Origin: Octopus bimaculoides
Taxonomy: Eukaryota
Direction of reading: 5' to 3'
Length of the DNA: 61,344 bases
NCBI RefSeq assembly: GCF_001194135.2
Contig: NC_068984.1
Location: 124,763,087-124,824,430 of the forward strand
Below are positions 38,361 through 53,247 of this stretch, piece by piece. Under the pieces are notes generated by a model. That model saw only the letters and a program-made list of their open reading frames with translations, was not told where the DNA came from and searched no databases. Positions within the stretch are counted from its first letter, which is position 1. Every line of letters begins with the position of its first letter. Made by a program: the position numbers and the translations under genes.

Positions 38361-38789
38361 GGTAGTAGTAGTGTTTATTGACAAATTGCCATCCTAAATA
38401 TAACAATAAAAAGAAAGGATTATAGGAAGAAGTGAATGGTGAATATGCTGGTTGGATTCCCAGTGTGACAATTTATAAAGTATTTTCGCGTGGGGAGAAC
38501 CACCCAACTATGATTGTAAGGCAGAAGTAAACAAGCTATACAATGCGAATTAGAATATGTATACACACGTAAATTTCGTTTCGCCTTAATAGATCCATCT
38601 ACCTCTTTTCCCTAACACTGTCTTAAATGCTTTAAGCTAAACTTCTTTTCTTAGAGTTGTACATTTCTGGGATTCTGCCGCTTTACTCATTCCTGTTTTT
38701 CATCGATTGGTATATTCATGTTCGAATCTACAGGAATACATTGGTTTAAAACTCTAAGCACAAAGCCAGCTATATCGGGAGAGAGTGAA

Positions 38790-38950
38790 AGTCGATTATA
38801 TCGACTACAGTGCTCAACTGGTACTTATTCAATCGACCTCGAAAGGGAGAAAGGCAATGTCGACCTCGCCGGCATTTTAATTCAGAGTATAAAGACGGAT
38901 AAAATACTGCTAAACATTTTGTCCGTTGTGCTAGCGATTCTGCCAGCTCC
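38790..38950 (-). mobile_element. SINE family B
   Basis: ACTGGTACTTATTCAATCGACCTCGAAAGGGAGAAAGGCAATGTCGACCTCGCCGGC...GCTAGCGATTCTGCCAGCTC. Confidence 0.75.
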
Positions 38951-40269
38951 CAGCCTTAATCTGCGCGATCACACTAAAAATAAAGTGGCAATTTATCATT
39001 TTTATTTTCCATGTTCACCGGACACATATGTATGTAAATATGTACGTATATAGATCGATCGATCGACCCATCGATCGAACGATAGATAGATAGATAGATA
39101 GATAGAGAGATAGATAGATAGATACATTTCTTTTATTAGCCACACAGGGCTCAACGAAGATGGGACAAATACAATGTAGAGCTTTTCTTTTTGGGAGGGG
39201 GAAGGAAGGAAAAAAAAAGTGGTGGTGTCGATCAAAAGGGATCGTAGGAAGGGAAAACGGGGGGAGTTCGATCAAAAGGGATCGAAAAAAAGAAAAAAAA
39301 AGGAAAGGCCGATCAATAGGGATCGTGTATCACACAGTAATGTTCTCGTGTAAAAGTGGGGAGGACAGTTTAGGTTTAGCTGTGGAAGGAAAAGCCTACG
39401 GAAAAGCCCACGGAAAAGACCACGGTAACCTTGGTCAATATTCTCATTGAAGAAACTATAACAGTAAGTGACTCTCTTTTGCCTTTTTGTTTTTTGTTTT
39501 TTTCTTGTTCATAGGGTTATGCTCAAGNNNNNNNNNNNNNNNNNNNNNNNNNNNNNNNNNNNNNNNNNNNNNNNNNNNNNNNNNNNNNNNNNNNNNNNNN
39601 NNNNNNNNNNNNNNNNNNNNNNNNNNNNNNNNNNNNNNNNNNNNNNNNNNNNNNNNNNNNNNNNNNNNNNNNNNNNNNNNNNNNNNNNNNNNNNNNNNNN
39701 NNNNNNNNNNNNNNNNNNNNNNNNNNNNNNNNNNNNNNNNNNNNNNNNNNNNNNNNNNNNNNNNNNNNNNNNNNNNNNNNNNNNNNNNNNNNNNNNNNNN
39801 NNNNNNNNNNNNNNNNNNNNNNNNNNNNNNNNNNNNNNNNNNNNNNNNNNNNNNNNNNNNNNNNNNNNNNNNNNNNNNNNNNNNNNNNNNNNNNNNNNNN
39901 NNNNNNNNNNNNNNNNNNNNNNNNNNNNNNNNNNNNNNNNNNNNNNNNNNNNNNNNNNNNNNNNNNNNNNNNNNNNNNNNNNNNNNNNNNNNNNNNNNNN
40001 NNNNNNNNNNNNNNNNNNNNNNNNNNNNNNNNNNNNNNNATATATATATATATATATACATATGCTTATGTGTACACACATTAACATTTATATTTGTACA
40101 TATTCGAGTGTCAGAAGCTTGGTGTACACTGAATTTACGACCTTTGCACATAGGCCCTTTGGTGAATGTAATCATCTTTGTACGTACATAGCACGACTCA
40201 AGCTGATTCATGTTGAGCTTGTATTATTAGATTCGGAAATAAATTTGACCGGAATAATGAAGCTCTATT

Positions 40270-40324
<55 letters not shown>

Positions 40325-42086
40325 AACACACACACACACACACACACCACACACATGTATGCCTGCATGTGCATTGACACAAGGAGAGAAGAATGTAGAT
40401 AGGTAGGTAGGTAGGTAGGTAGGTAGGTAGATAGATATATATAGATAGATAGATAGATTGACAAACAACAGACAGACAATGTTGTATTATTAGAAGAATA
40501 TATTGTACAATATAGTATTATGCCAATCAATTTTAAATTCTAATTTTTGAATTGGCAATTGTTATATATATCTCCAGTTACTATTCATTTATATAAATCT
40601 AATACATAGCCATGTAATTTGTAAGATTTTCTCGTCAAAATTGGGTATTTAAAAGTGGAGCCAGTGAAAGATTCGATGTTTTCATCCCTATTTTCCTTGG
40701 ATTCATATATATATATATATATATANNNNNNNNNNNNNNNNNNNNNNNNNNNNNNNNNNNNNNNNNNNNNNNNNNNNNNNNNNNNNNNNNNNNNNNNNNN
40801 NNNNNNNNNNNNNNNNNNNNNNNNNNNNNNNNNNNNNNNNNNNNNNNNNNNNNNNNNNNNNNNNNNNNNNNNNNNNNNNNNNNNNNNNNNNNNNNNNNNN
40901 NNNNNNNNNNNNNNNNNNNNNNNNNNNNNNNNNNNNNNNNNNNNNNNNNNNNNNNNNNNNNNNNNNNNNNNNNNNNNNNNNNNNNNNNNNNNNNNNNNNN
41001 NNNNNNNNNNNNNNNNNNNNNNNNNNNNNNNNNNNNNNNNNNNNNNNNNNNNNNNNNNNNNNNNNNNNNNNNNNNNNNNNNNNNNNNNNNNNNNNNNNNN
41101 NNNNNNNNNNNNNNNNNNNNNNNNNNNNNNNNNNNNNNNNNNNNNNNNNNNNNNNNNNNNNNNNNNNNNNNNNNNNNNNNNNNNNNNNNNNNNNNNNNNN
41201 NNNNNNNNNNNNNNNNNNNNNNNNNNNNNNNNNNNNNNNNNNNNNNNNNNNNNNNNNNNNNNNNNNNNNNNNNNNNNNNNNNNNNNNNNNNNNNNNNNNN
41301 NNNNNNNNNNNNNNNNNNNNNNNNNNNNNNNNNNNNNNNNNNNNNNNNNNNNNNNNNNNNNNNNNNNNNNNNNNNNNNNNNNNNNNNNNNNNNNNNNNNN
41401 NNNNNNNNNNNNNNNNNNNNNNNNNNNNNNNNNNNNNNNNNNNNNNNNNNNNNNNNNNNNNNNNNNNNNNNNNNNNNNNNNNNNNNNNNNNNNNNNNNNN
41501 NNNNNNNNNNNNNNNNNNNNNNNNNNNNNGATAATAGCAACAATATAGAATAAATAATACGAACTAAAGCATGAAATTATATTCAAAGCACACAAAATTA
41601 TAACTTTTTTGTAGAAGAGACTTGAGCCTAAAATATTTCTTCTTCAATTTTCCATTGAGATTTACCTTTCTGTTGGTTTAATAATTCGTGTTATTAAAAG
41701 AGAATCATAAATTTATAAATAAAGGTTGAGAGCCTCAAATACACAATTTGAAAGAATGTGGTGGTGCAGTAAAAAAAAAAAAAAAGAGGGGGTGAAACTA
41801 CGACGAATTTTCTAGACGAAAAGCTAGCCATTTCTGCTTTTTAGTTTCGCTTTACGAAAGTCACGAATCCTATAAGAGCGTTAAATGAGGACTGCACGCA
41901 TATATGGATATATTTATGCATGTATAAATATATCCATATATATGTGTTTCAGAATATATTTGAAAAGACTGTATGAGTAGTCTACAAAATTGCTCAATAG
42001 TGATATGTATTTTAGAATCACCTCTTGAAAAATATGTAGTGAACACACGTGCACGAACCGACATATATACATACATACATATAAAC

Positions 42087-42123
<37 letters not shown>

Positions 42124-43644
42124 NNNNNNNNNNNNNNNNNNNNNNNNNNNNNNNNNNNNNNNNNNNNNNNNNNNNNNNNNNNNNNNNNNNNNNNNNNNNN
42201 NNNNNNNNNNNNNNNNNNNNNNNNNNNNNNNNNNNNNNNNNNNNNNNNNNNNNNNNNNNNNNNNNNNNNNNNNNNNNNNNNNNNNNNNNNNNNNNNNNNN
42301 NNNNNNNNNNNNNNNNNNNNNNNNNNNNNNNNNNNNNNNNNNNNNNNNNNNNNNNNNNNNNNNNNNNNNNNNNNNNNNNNNNNNNNNNNNNNNNNNNNNN
42401 NNNNNNNNNNNNNNNNNNNNNNNNNNNNNNNNNNNNNNNNNNNNNNNNNNNNNNNNNNNNNNNNNNNNNNNNNNNNNNNNNNNNNNNNNNNNNNNNNNNN
42501 NNNNNNNNNNNNNTATGTATGTATATATATATATATATATGTATATATACACACACACATGTATGTACATATACATATTTGAGTGTATACATATGTGTGT
42601 GTGTGTGTCTGTGTGTTCGCGTGCATATTTGTTTCTATCTCAGAATATATACGGAAAAATCTGTGTGTGTAGTCTATGAAATTGCTCAAGAGTGATATTT
42701 ATTTTAGCATCACCTCCTGAGAAATACGATGGAATGAACTTAAACCAACGTGGAAAACAGATATAGATACTATTTCAATACTGTGAAGTATTTCAATGCG
42801 GCACTCTCTACTAAGGCTCTCTCCCTCAATTGCCTCCCACAAACAACAATAAAACCGAAACGTCGAACACACAAAAAAAAAAACGCCTCTTGAGTAATAT
42901 GATGGGCTAATGTTAAAAATTCCAGATGGATTTGAACTCACAACGTGAAAGACAGATACTGTTTCAATACCGGTATGTATTTAATAAGGCACTCTACCAT
43001 TTCTGTCACTCGATCGTTTCCCACAAATAATAATATAGTTGAAACATGGTACCCACGAACACATACATGCGCAATCGCGCGAAATAAAACCCCGAAGTAA
43101 AAAGCCGTGTTTATTTTCTTATCCACTTCGTTTTCCTTTATTTTATTATATTTTCTTATGTTACTTCTGTTTGTTTGATTGTATTGTTTTATTTGTATTT
43201 TAAGAAAAAGCAATTTTTTTTTTGTTTTGTTTTCGTATTTCTTCTTTGTTTTTATATCGAGACTCCGTAAATAGAAGAGCTTTAAGGGTTTATATAGATC
43301 GACATAGGGTGTATTCATATATGTGTATCTGTGTGTGTGTGCGTGTGTGTGTGTGTGTACGTGTGCGTGCTTACATGTATATGTATATATATGCATGCAT
43401 AAATACATGCATATATGCTATATATGTATATGTGCTATATACTATATATGTATATGCGCATATGTATGTGAATATAAATACATACACACAAACACACGCA
43501 TATATATATATAGATGTATGTATGGATGTATATGTTATGTATATGTTATACATATATTGTATATATATGTTTGTAAGTAAATGTGTGTGGATATATACAT
43601 GCGTACATATATATGTATATGAGTGTATATGTATATGTGTGTGT

Positions 43645-43679
<35 letters not shown>

Positions 43680-43845
43680 TGTACAAATATATATGTATGT
43701 ATATGTTATGTATATGTTATACATATATTGTACATATATATATATATGTGTAAGTAAATGTGTTTCGATATATACCTATGTGTACATATATATGTATATG
43801 AGTATGAATGTATATGTGTGTTTAAATATGTATATATATTCACGT

Positions 43846-43880
<35 letters not shown>

Positions 43881-44981
43881 AATATCTATAACTTTATATA
43901 TGTTTATTTATGTATATGTGATTATATATGTTTTAATAAATGCATGTTTGTGTATGTATATGTGCGTATTTGTCACTACATATATATGTGTATATATNNN
44001 NNNNNNNNNNNNNNNNNNNNNNNNNNNNNNNNNNNNNNNNNNNNNNNNNNNNNNNNNNNNNNNNNNNNNNNNNNNNNNNNNNNNNNNNNNNNNNNNNNNN
44101 NNNNNNNNNNNNNNNNNNNNNNNNNNNNNNNNNNNNNNNNNNNNNNNNNNNNNNNNNNNNNNNNNNNNNNNNNNNNNNNNNNNNNNNNNNNNNNNNNNNN
44201 NNNNNNNNNNNNNNNNNNNNNNNNNNNNNNNNNNNNNNNNNNNNNNNNNNNNNNNNNNNNNNNNNNNNNNNNNNNNNNNNNNNNNNNNNNNNNNNNNNNN
44301 NNNNNNNNNNNNNNNNNNNNNNNNNNNNNNNNNNNNNNNNNNNNNNNNNNNNNNNNNNNNNNNNNNNNNNNNNNNNNNNNNNNNNNNNNNNNNNNNNNNN
44401 NNNNNNNNNNNNNNNNNNNNNNNNNNNNNNNNNNNNNNNNNNNNNNNNNNNNNNNNNNNNNNNNNNNNNNNNNNNNNNNNNNNNNNNNNNNNNNNNNNNN
44501 NNNNNNNNNNNNNNNNNNNNNNNNNNNNNNNNNNNNNNNNNNNNNNNNNNNNNNNNNNNNNNNNNNNNNNNNNNNNNNNNNNNNNNNNNNNNNNNNNNNN
44601 NNNNNNNNNNNNNNNNNNNNNNNNNNNNNNNNNNNNNNNNNNNNNNNNNNNNNNNNNNNNNNNNNNNNNNNNNNNNNNNNNNNNNNNNNNNNNNNNNNNN
44701 NNNNNNNNNNNNNNNNNNNNNNNNNNNNNNNNNNNNNNNNNNNNNNNNNNNNNNNNNNNNNNNNNNNNNNNNNNNNNNNNNNNNNNNNNNNNNNNNNNNN
44801 NTATATATATATGTATATATGTATATATGTATATATATATGTATATGTATGTATATATGTATATGTATATATATATTTTTGTATATGAATATATATATAT
44901 TTATATATGTATATATATTTATATATATATGTATATCTATGTATATATATGTATATATATGTCTATATATGTATATATATG

Positions 44982-45040
<59 letters not shown>

Positions 45041-45284
45041 ATGCTTGACTGTATGCATGTATGTATCTGAATGTGTGTGTCATTGTGCTTGTCGACGCGT
45101 TTGTGATTGCACGTGTTTGTATAGGATTAAAGTTCCTAGGGTATGTAAAATAAGAGACAGGGTGTATAGTGGAAAGTAAATGCTGGCTGGTTGGCGGATG
45201 GGTGGCCTGGATGTAAATCTATAGGGGTATGTACAGACTATGGGGACATACAGAGACTAATTAGGACTCCATTTACCAAAATCT

Positions 45285-45316
<32 letters not shown>

Positions 45317-45807
45317 GTTGGTGTTCTGCTTGTATTATTGTTTTATAAAAGTGTGTATATCTACGTGGTGTTATTGTTGTTGCTGCTACTGTTATTTTTA
45401 AAGCGTTGGTGGTGATGGCGGTAGTGTTGTTGTTGTTCTTGTTGTTGGTGGTGTGGCCTAAAAGGATCATAGTCGGGTAGAGGTGAATGTGTGATGTGAA
45501 TTGAAGCAGGAGTACTGGTGGTGATTATAGTAATAGTAGATAAGTATGTTTCATCCTTTATGTTGAAATTGTGTTTTTATTAGTTTGTATTATATGCGTC
45601 TATATGTATGTGTTTACGTACGTATGTATGTATGTATGTATGTATGTATGTATGTATATATGTATTATGTATGTATGTATGTATATTCATATATATATGT
45701 ATATGTGTGTGGGTGGGTGGGTGTCTGTGTGCGTCTGAGAACGAAGAGGTGTGCATAAACATATATGTGTGTGAGAGACATGGTGTGTGTATATAGGTAT
45801 ATGTATA

Positions 45808-45838
<31 letters not shown>

Positions 45839-45972
45839 TGATGATGATGTGTGTGTATAAATATATATGTGTCTATATATGCATATCGTATATGTATTAC
45901 AATATACCTACGTATATACATATGATGTAATGTATATTTTTATAGCTATTATATACGCACGTTTGTGTCTGA

Positions 45973-46010
<38 letters not shown>

Positions 46011-46509
46011 NNNNNNNNNNNNNNNNNNNNNNNNNNNNNNNNNNNNNNNNNNNNNNNNNNNNNNNNNNNNNNNNNNNNNNNNNNNNNNNNNNNNNNNNNN
46101 NNNNNNNNNNNNNNNNNNNNNNNNNNNNNNNNNNNNNNNNNNNNNNNNNNNNNNNNNNNNNNNNNNNNNNNNNNNNNNNNNNNNNNNNNNNNNNNNNNNN
46201 NNNNNNNNNNNNNNNNNNNNNNNNNNNNNNNNNNNNNNNNNNNNNNNNNNNNNNNNNNNNNNNNNNNNNNNNNNNNNNNNNNNNNNNNNNNNNNNNNNNN
46301 NNNNNNNNNNNNNNNNNNNNNNNNNNNNNNNNNNNNNNNNNNNNNNNNNNNNNNNNNNNNNNNNNNNNNNNNNNNNNNNNNNNNNNNNNNNNNNNNNNNN
46401 NNNNNNNNNNNNNNNNNNNNNNNNNNNNNNNNNNNNNNNNNNNNNNNNNNNNNNNNNNNNNNNNNNNNNNNNNNNNNNNNNNNNNNNNNNNNNNNNNNNN
46501 NNNNNNNNN

Positions 46510-46544
<35 letters not shown>

Positions 46545-47126
46545 CATGTGTGTGTGTTGTGTACACTCAATTTTATGCATATACACCCGTAAACATGAAC
46601 ATAGGTGTGTCTTTCTTATGTGTGTATACATATGTATTATTCTATTTTCTATTTTATTTAACGCATCAGTAAATTTACCTCCTTATTTCGAAGATAAGCA
46701 ACCATTCGGTTGTGGGTTTTGTCACACACACACACACACATACACACAAAGTGACACACACAAACTCACACAGTCACACATGCACACACACATACACGCA
46801 TGCAGGTATATATACAGACAGACGCACACACACACACACACACACACATATGCACACACACCCATGCACACACACCCATCTATATTGATATCGTCTTTCT
46901 TCAGTTATCTTTCCGACAAGTGTACACTCACGCAGACATACTCACGCTCATACGTTATGCATGTGTGTATGTACGTGCGTATATGTGTGTGTGTGTGTGT
47001 GTGTGTGTTGAGTTACGTGTGTTGCTCTCTCTCTCTCTCTCCCTCTCTGTTTTTATATGTGTGTATGCATGCTTGGTTGCCTATATATATGAACATGAGT
47101 ATATGTATTTACATAAATGTGTATGC

Positions 47127-47168
<42 letters not shown>

Positions 47169-48131
47169 NNNNNNNNNNNNNNNNNNNNNNNNNNNNNNNN
47201 NNNNNNNNNNNNNNNNNNNNNNNNNNNNNNNNNNNNNNNNNNNNNNNNNNNNNNNNNNNNNNNNNNNNNNNNNNNNNNNNNNNNNNNNNNNNNNNNNNNN
47301 NNNNNNNNNNNNNNNNNNNNNNNNNNNNNNNNNNNNNNNNNNNNNNNNNNNNNNNNNNNNNNNNNNNNNNNNNNNNNNNNNNNNNNNNNNNNNNNNNNNN
47401 NNNNNNNNNNNNNNNNNNNNNNNNNNNNNNNNNNNNNNNNNNNNNNNNNNNNNNNNNNNNNNNNNNNNNNNNNNNNNNNNNNNNNNNNNNNNNNNNNNNN
47501 NNNNNNNNNNNNNNNNNNNNNNNNNNNNNNNNNNNNNNNNNNNNNNNNNNNNNNNNNNNNNNNNNNNNNNNNNNNNNNNNNNNNNNNNNNNNNNNNNNNN
47601 NNNNNNNNNNNNNNNNNNNNNNNNNNNNNNNNNNNNNNNNNNNNNNNNNNNNNNNNNNNNNNNNNNNNNNNNNNNNNNNNNNNNNNNNNNNNNNNNNNNN
47701 NNNNNNNNNNNNNNNNNNNNNNNNNNNNNNNNNNNNNNNNNNNNNNNNNNNNNNNNNNNNNNNNNNNNNNNNNNNNNNNNNNNNNNNNNNNNNNNNNNNN
47801 NNNNNNNNNNNNNNNNNNNNNNNNNNNNNNNNNNNNNNNNNNNNNNNNNNNNNNNNNNNNNNNNNNNNNNNNNNNNNNNNNNNNNNNNNNNNNNNNNNNN
47901 NNNNNNNNNNNNNNNNNNNNNNNNNNNNNNNNNNNNNNNNNNNNNNNNNNNNNNNNNNNNNNNNNNNNNNNNNNNNNNNNNNNNNNNNNNNNNNNNNNNN
48001 NNNNNNNNNNNNNNNNNNNNNNNNNNNNNNNNNNNNNNNNNNNNNNNNNNNNNNNNNNNNNNNNNNNNNNNNNNNNNNNNNNNNNNNNNNNNNNNNNNNN
48101 NNNNNNNNNNNNNNNNNNNNNNNNNNNNNNN

Positions 48132-48177
<46 letters not shown>

Positions 48178-48209
48178 ATACATATTTATACATATATATA
48201 TACATATAA

Positions 48210-48240
<31 letters not shown>

Positions 48241-48242
48241 CA

Positions 48243-49050
48243 CAGGGTGAATAAATTGTCTAAATTACACAAAATTGAAAATAACACTGACATCTCATTT
48301 TAAAAGGTATATTTACCAAAATTGCATAAAAATATCTTGCAAATACTAAAGAGTAAATTTATTCAATAAAATGGACACTGGCTTCATCCACGGCCTCCAG
48401 ACGGCTTTGGAATCAATCTCCTGTAACTCTTCTGGACGGTCTCCTTGTTTAAGTTGGTGTATGATGCCGTAATCCTTGCCTTCTGTTCATCTTTGGTGTT
48501 ACAAGGAGTTTTGTTGGTCTCTTGCTCGACTGTGCTCCACACATATTAATCAAGGGGATTGTATCTGAGTGTGACCAGATGTTAGGGCTGATATAGACGC
48601 TGAAATTGTCTAACTGCCATGAATGGGTTGTCTTGCTTGTGTGGCATGGTTCAGAATCCTGTTACCAGACGGATTCTCCCAGCAGCCACCCGCTCGACCC
48701 AGAGCAGCACTACCTCCCTCAAGCACTTGATATAGGCCTCTGTGTTGAGTGTGAGTCTGTGTGGGAAGATGAATGGAAGTATAAAGTCGCTATCACTAGT
48801 GATCACTCTAGACACCATGATGTTGACTAGATGTTTGATTTTTATCCCTTTCGGTACATGTTTTGGGGACTCAGATTGACACCCAACACTCTGAAATGTT
48901 CGTTCTGTAGCTTCCGGCGTGAATGCCAAGCAGTACAGCATGTCATTTCCAAATGTCTGGTTCAGTGAATTGCATCATTGTGTTGTTTTCTCACAGATGG
49001 GGCCCAACTGACTCTAATATACTGTGTAGTCGATAAAATCAAAGAAAACA
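48243..49050 (-). pseudogene. Decayed Tc1/mariner transposon, maT (DD37D)-like, 3' half with one end
   Basis: Minus-strand frames give KHLVNIMVSRVITSDSDFILPFIFPHRLTLNTEAYIKCLREVVLLWVERVAAGR, then VW*QDSEPCHTS, PNIW...PLD*, VEQETNKTPCNTKDE; end motif CAGGGTG at 48243. Confidence 0.75.
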
Positions 49051-50973
49051 ATGCGCATGCACGAAATTAAAAATATAAATGGCACAGCTTACTCAATACA
49101 TCAATAATAATTGATTAAGTAACCAGAAGATGGATTTGCTATTAGTCTGTATTTTCTACGACGATCATTTCGGCCCACCTTCCAACTGTGCCTTATGGGT
49201 CGAGATGATCATCGTACAAAATTAGACTAATACCAAATTCATCATGTGCTTTCTTAATCAGTTATTATCATCTCTACTAACACTGCAGAACTCCTGAAAC
49301 AGATCCAACGGAAATATACCCCAACTGCACATGACACCAGAAAAGTATATATATGTATAAGTATATATATATATATATATTTATATAAAACTGGATATCA
49401 TTTCTCGATAGTTGCAGACTAACTGTCATTAGCACACAGATCCATAAAATACAGAGATAATCGTGTCCATTTTCATCCAGTCTATCAGAAACCATCTCAA
49501 TTTATTATAGGTTTATCATTGGAAGAGAAATTAAAATTTAATAAAGAAAACCTTAGCAAAGTTACAATACTCTGTGTGTGTGTGTTAAAACACAAAGTAA
49601 ACTTTCCAGTTGCCCGGTTTCTACAGCTCTGTCTGTATCCCATGTCGACGTAGGGGAATTGGTCAAAGCGGACATGATCACATACAGTTACATACTCAGC
49701 CATATTCTTCGGTACTCTTGAGATTAAATATTAAAAATATCTCCTACACATCCTTGCAATTTGAATATTCGATTCTTGTATAATATATATATAAATCATT
49801 TGAAACACAAGCCAGAGATCATATCAAATGGCGGCGTTCCCATGACTATCGGAACCAAAATCTTTGAACCCGCCAGAAGAGAAAAGGAAGAAATCAAACG
49901 AGAGGAGTGAAAAGCAAAATCGACCTTCTCCTCTATCAACATTGCTATGCAGTCAATGACATCCAAGCTTCTATGCAAGAATTTGTCTACAGAGTCTATA
50001 GACAGACAGACAGATAGACAGATAGATAGATAGACGGACAGGTAGAGAGAGAGGAGTGTGTGTATATGCGTACAGACGTGTATGTGAGTGGTGGTATTTA
50101 TGCACACAATACACTAAACTGCTTTTGTGTAGCAAATCTTGATCATAAAGTATTCGTCAAATCGATTCTATAGTTAGACATTTGTCCAAGTTGTTGCGCG
50201 ATTTGATGGAAACCATATCCACATCGTTGAGAAATGTACTTCCTAACCACATAGCCATGTATTTGCATAGCATTTTAGCACTGCTCTATAATCGCTTCAC
50301 TCTCTACCTCTCTTTCTTTCTCAAATGATCCCCTCCCCCACCTCTTTACCTTTCTCTCGTATTCTTCTGTTAGAAATCATTACTATTAAATCTTAAATGC
50401 AAAGGCTTTGGTCGGCCCGCGGCTATAGTAGAAGACACTTTCCTATGTAGTTGGGAAGCAAGCTTCTTTATTTCATAAATATTTGCCATAAAGGCATTAC
50501 AAAGAGGGGACGAACAAGGACAGACAAACATAAAAGGGGTGAAGTCGCTGTATCGATTAAATATTTACAATTTTAAATATACAATAAAAATTGGATTATA
50601 TTTACAATGTTCGATTGAAGCATTGCTCATTATAGATGCAATTTGTAATGGCTTTCCTGAAGGATAGGCATCCGACCACCAGAGTAGACCCCTTGCTTTT
50701 TCTTTCTCTTGTTTTTGGCTCCCACCTACCTGGTGCCAAACACTCCCAGCTTCCTCGATCAACCACACCTGCGCATCACAGCAATACATACGCCTTACAT
50801 ACGTTCGTACATACATACAATTTATTCAGAGAATTTTCGTCTGGGTCACCATGCTAACACATGCTGTTACATCTCGGAAATGATTTGTGCTACTTATTAT
50901 CAAATTGACTAAACAACCTTCTATGTGATCGTTGCCACTGCGTCATCAACTTTATTTTCTTTCTATTTTACAG

Positions 50974-51452
50974 ACGTGAAGACATCAGGCAGTCCTCCTA
51001 CCTTGCATGGTCACAACCAACACAGTCCAATTACAACCAGTCTAAATAATGGTACGGTGGTATCCAATCTTGGACTTGCTCCCAACTCGATCGTTTCTCG
51101 TTCAACATCCTCTGCCCTGACACCAAGTCCGTCGACGTCAAGTCCCAATATGGGCAGCCCAGTTAACATGTCGGCAGCCACTGCCCATGTGTATACTCCG
51201 TCGCCAGGCAAGCCTATATCATCACTTGCGTTAGACCGAGATTCCTCACCAATCAACAACAATCATAATAATAATAACAATAATACCAGCAACAACAGCA
51301 GCAATGGCCACCACAATGGACAACCGTCACAACAACATCATCATCATCATCACCACCACCAACATCATCCACAGCATCAGCAAGGAATTGGTTTGGGCAT
51401 TTCTGTTTCAGAGCCATCACCACTGACCGCTTTGTCAGTTGGTGGAAATTAA
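50974..51452 (+). CDS. GATA4/5/6: GATA4/5/6 probable terminal coding exon (Ser/Pro/Asn/His-rich C-terminus, stop TAA 51450-51452)
   Basis: Strong acceptor TTTTCTTTCTATTTTACAG ending 50973. Phase 1 (G+AC = Asp) joins the previous exon to the only long non-microsatellite ORF downstream (DVKTSGSPPT...SEPSPLTALSVGGN*). It follows a 13,033-bp intron. Assignment rests on phase and composition, not strong homology; a hidden small exon in the intron or its gaps cannot be excluded. Confidence 0.85.
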
Positions 51453-52686
51453 TCATGTGAAACGGCGGGGAAATACACACTATCTTAACACAATAATGCC
51501 TACAGTTCGTTGGCGACGTTACCCCACATCGCCACAGTCAAATGGGAACTATGTTGGCCCTGAGTCTAAAAAGCGCTCTGCTGGTTGGTAAGGTGTAGCA
51601 AGCATCTTTGGACGAAGTAAAAGACTTCATACAACTCACAGCCCACTATTTTGAAAATATAGGATAAAAACATCGTGCATTCTCATTCAGGCAGTATTAA
51701 GTTTAGCTACACACTTAAACACTGCCTCAGTTATATTTGCTGTGAACTGGTAATTGCGATGAATTATAGAACATATCTTTATTGTCAACTGAAAAGATCT
51801 GTGTTCCGCTAATTGTAAAACTCGATCCTTGATTAGCAACCGTTTAAATGCACTAAATTTGCTCTCATTTGAGAGTAGGATGTAAAAGACTTTAAATCAC
51901 AGATGTGATTCAAGATTAACTAAACATGCTCGTTTGAAGGACTTAATGTTGGGTTAAGCATAAAAGGTTATATTGTTCATTGGTACTAAAAAATGTGTTT
52001 GGCTGAGATCAGCATATTTTTTTTTTTTATATATATATTTCATTGATAGAAAACGTAAAATCGCAGCTTGAAAGGAGGCAGAGTTTGTTTGATTTGACGA
52101 AATGTCGTCATATTTCAACTACGGACTACACTAAGTGTGTACCATTACGCTAACGGTCACATTTCAATAACGTGAAAGAATAATGGAATGTCATTGAACA
52201 TTTAGCAACATATATAAAAATGGAAGAGGGGGAAAAAAACAAAAACCTATTAAGTGAAACGAAAAAACGTGGATCTGAAATTTTGAAACAAATGAACGAA
52301 GTGTAAAGATAAACAAGACAATGCCGCTACCATTCATCTTAGTCTCAAACTACCAAACGTCTTAAAACCTAAAAGAATGGTAAGGTGTGAATAGTCTTCA
52401 CGTTAAATATATTACCATAAGTGTATTCATAATTCCTGATATAGGCACAAGGCCACACATTTATGTGGGTTGGGGGGAAGGCGGAGTCGATTGTATCATC
52501 CCCAGTATTTGACTGATACACATGTTTTAGCGAAATCTGAAAGGATTCGATTTCAGATTTCGCTAAAATATGAAACGCAAAGTATATTCATAAAAAGACA
52601 TGATTCAAGACGTTCTGAGTTCGCATCCCACCGAGGTGGTCGGCTATTCCTTTCATCGTTCCGGGGTTAATAAGTGCATTAATAAA
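51453..52686 (+). other. Probable 3' UTR of the GATA gene with candidate polyadenylation signal AATAAA at 52681-52686
   Basis: About 1 kb of repeat-poor sequence follows the stop. The first canonical AATAAA I found is at 52681 and is followed by a T-rich tract. No transcript evidence. Confidence 0.3.
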
Positions 52687-53213
52687 TGTAATTTATTTCA
52701 ACTTTTCATTTTTTTTTTCATATTTTTTTTTTTTGTTATATAGTGAAATGATTTTGATTGATTCTAGAAGAGAGTTCAGTTAGTTTATTAAACACAATCA
52801 CGCACACACATTCATATATACATACATTTATACATGGACACGTACATACATACATACATACATACATACATACATACATACATACATACATACATACATA
52901 CACACATACACAGATTGCTTATAACATACAGTAGAATATTAACAAATATATATGTATATAAACTAACATAGCATAATGGACTAATTTAACAAAGAAATAA
53001 GTTTAATAAAAGAAGAATAACAAAATGTAATAAAATGTCACCAAATACATATTTTGAGAATTTTGAGAAGAATGAGGTTTAAAAAATATATATATTATGA
53101 AATAAAATAAAGAATACGAAAAACGAAAGATGATTCGGCGTTCACTTATTCGTAATAAGATTTTATACTGTATATATATATATATATATATCTCTTTCGC
53201 TCACTCCATGTGC

Positions 53214-53247
<34 letters not shown>

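Noticed and set aside
39225-39325. Three copies of the mini-hairpin CGATCAA(A/T)AGGGATCG
   Set aside because: Short stems inside what appears to be an unclassified interspersed repeat next to a (GATC)/(GATA)n tract; no evidence of function.
41945-42730. Diverged ~90-bp direct repeat (41945-42035 vs 42640-42730) and duplicated degenerate microsatellite block (43520-43810)
   Set aside because: Ordinary local slippage or duplication in intronic low-complexity DNA.
43222-48303. Very long ORFs (up to 776 aa) in the ORF track here and at 5266-6296, 11518-12333, 14092-15111, 17154-17942, 26541-27558 and 39456-42695
   Set aside because: They run through N gaps and (TA)/(CA)n tracts, which lack stops; the products are X-runs and YI/HT/CV dipeptide repeats.
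52440-52680. Oppositely oriented SINE-B fragments in the putative 3' UTR as a dsRNA stem
   Set aside because: The fragments cover mostly different parts of the element and the overlap is too degenerate to pair well.
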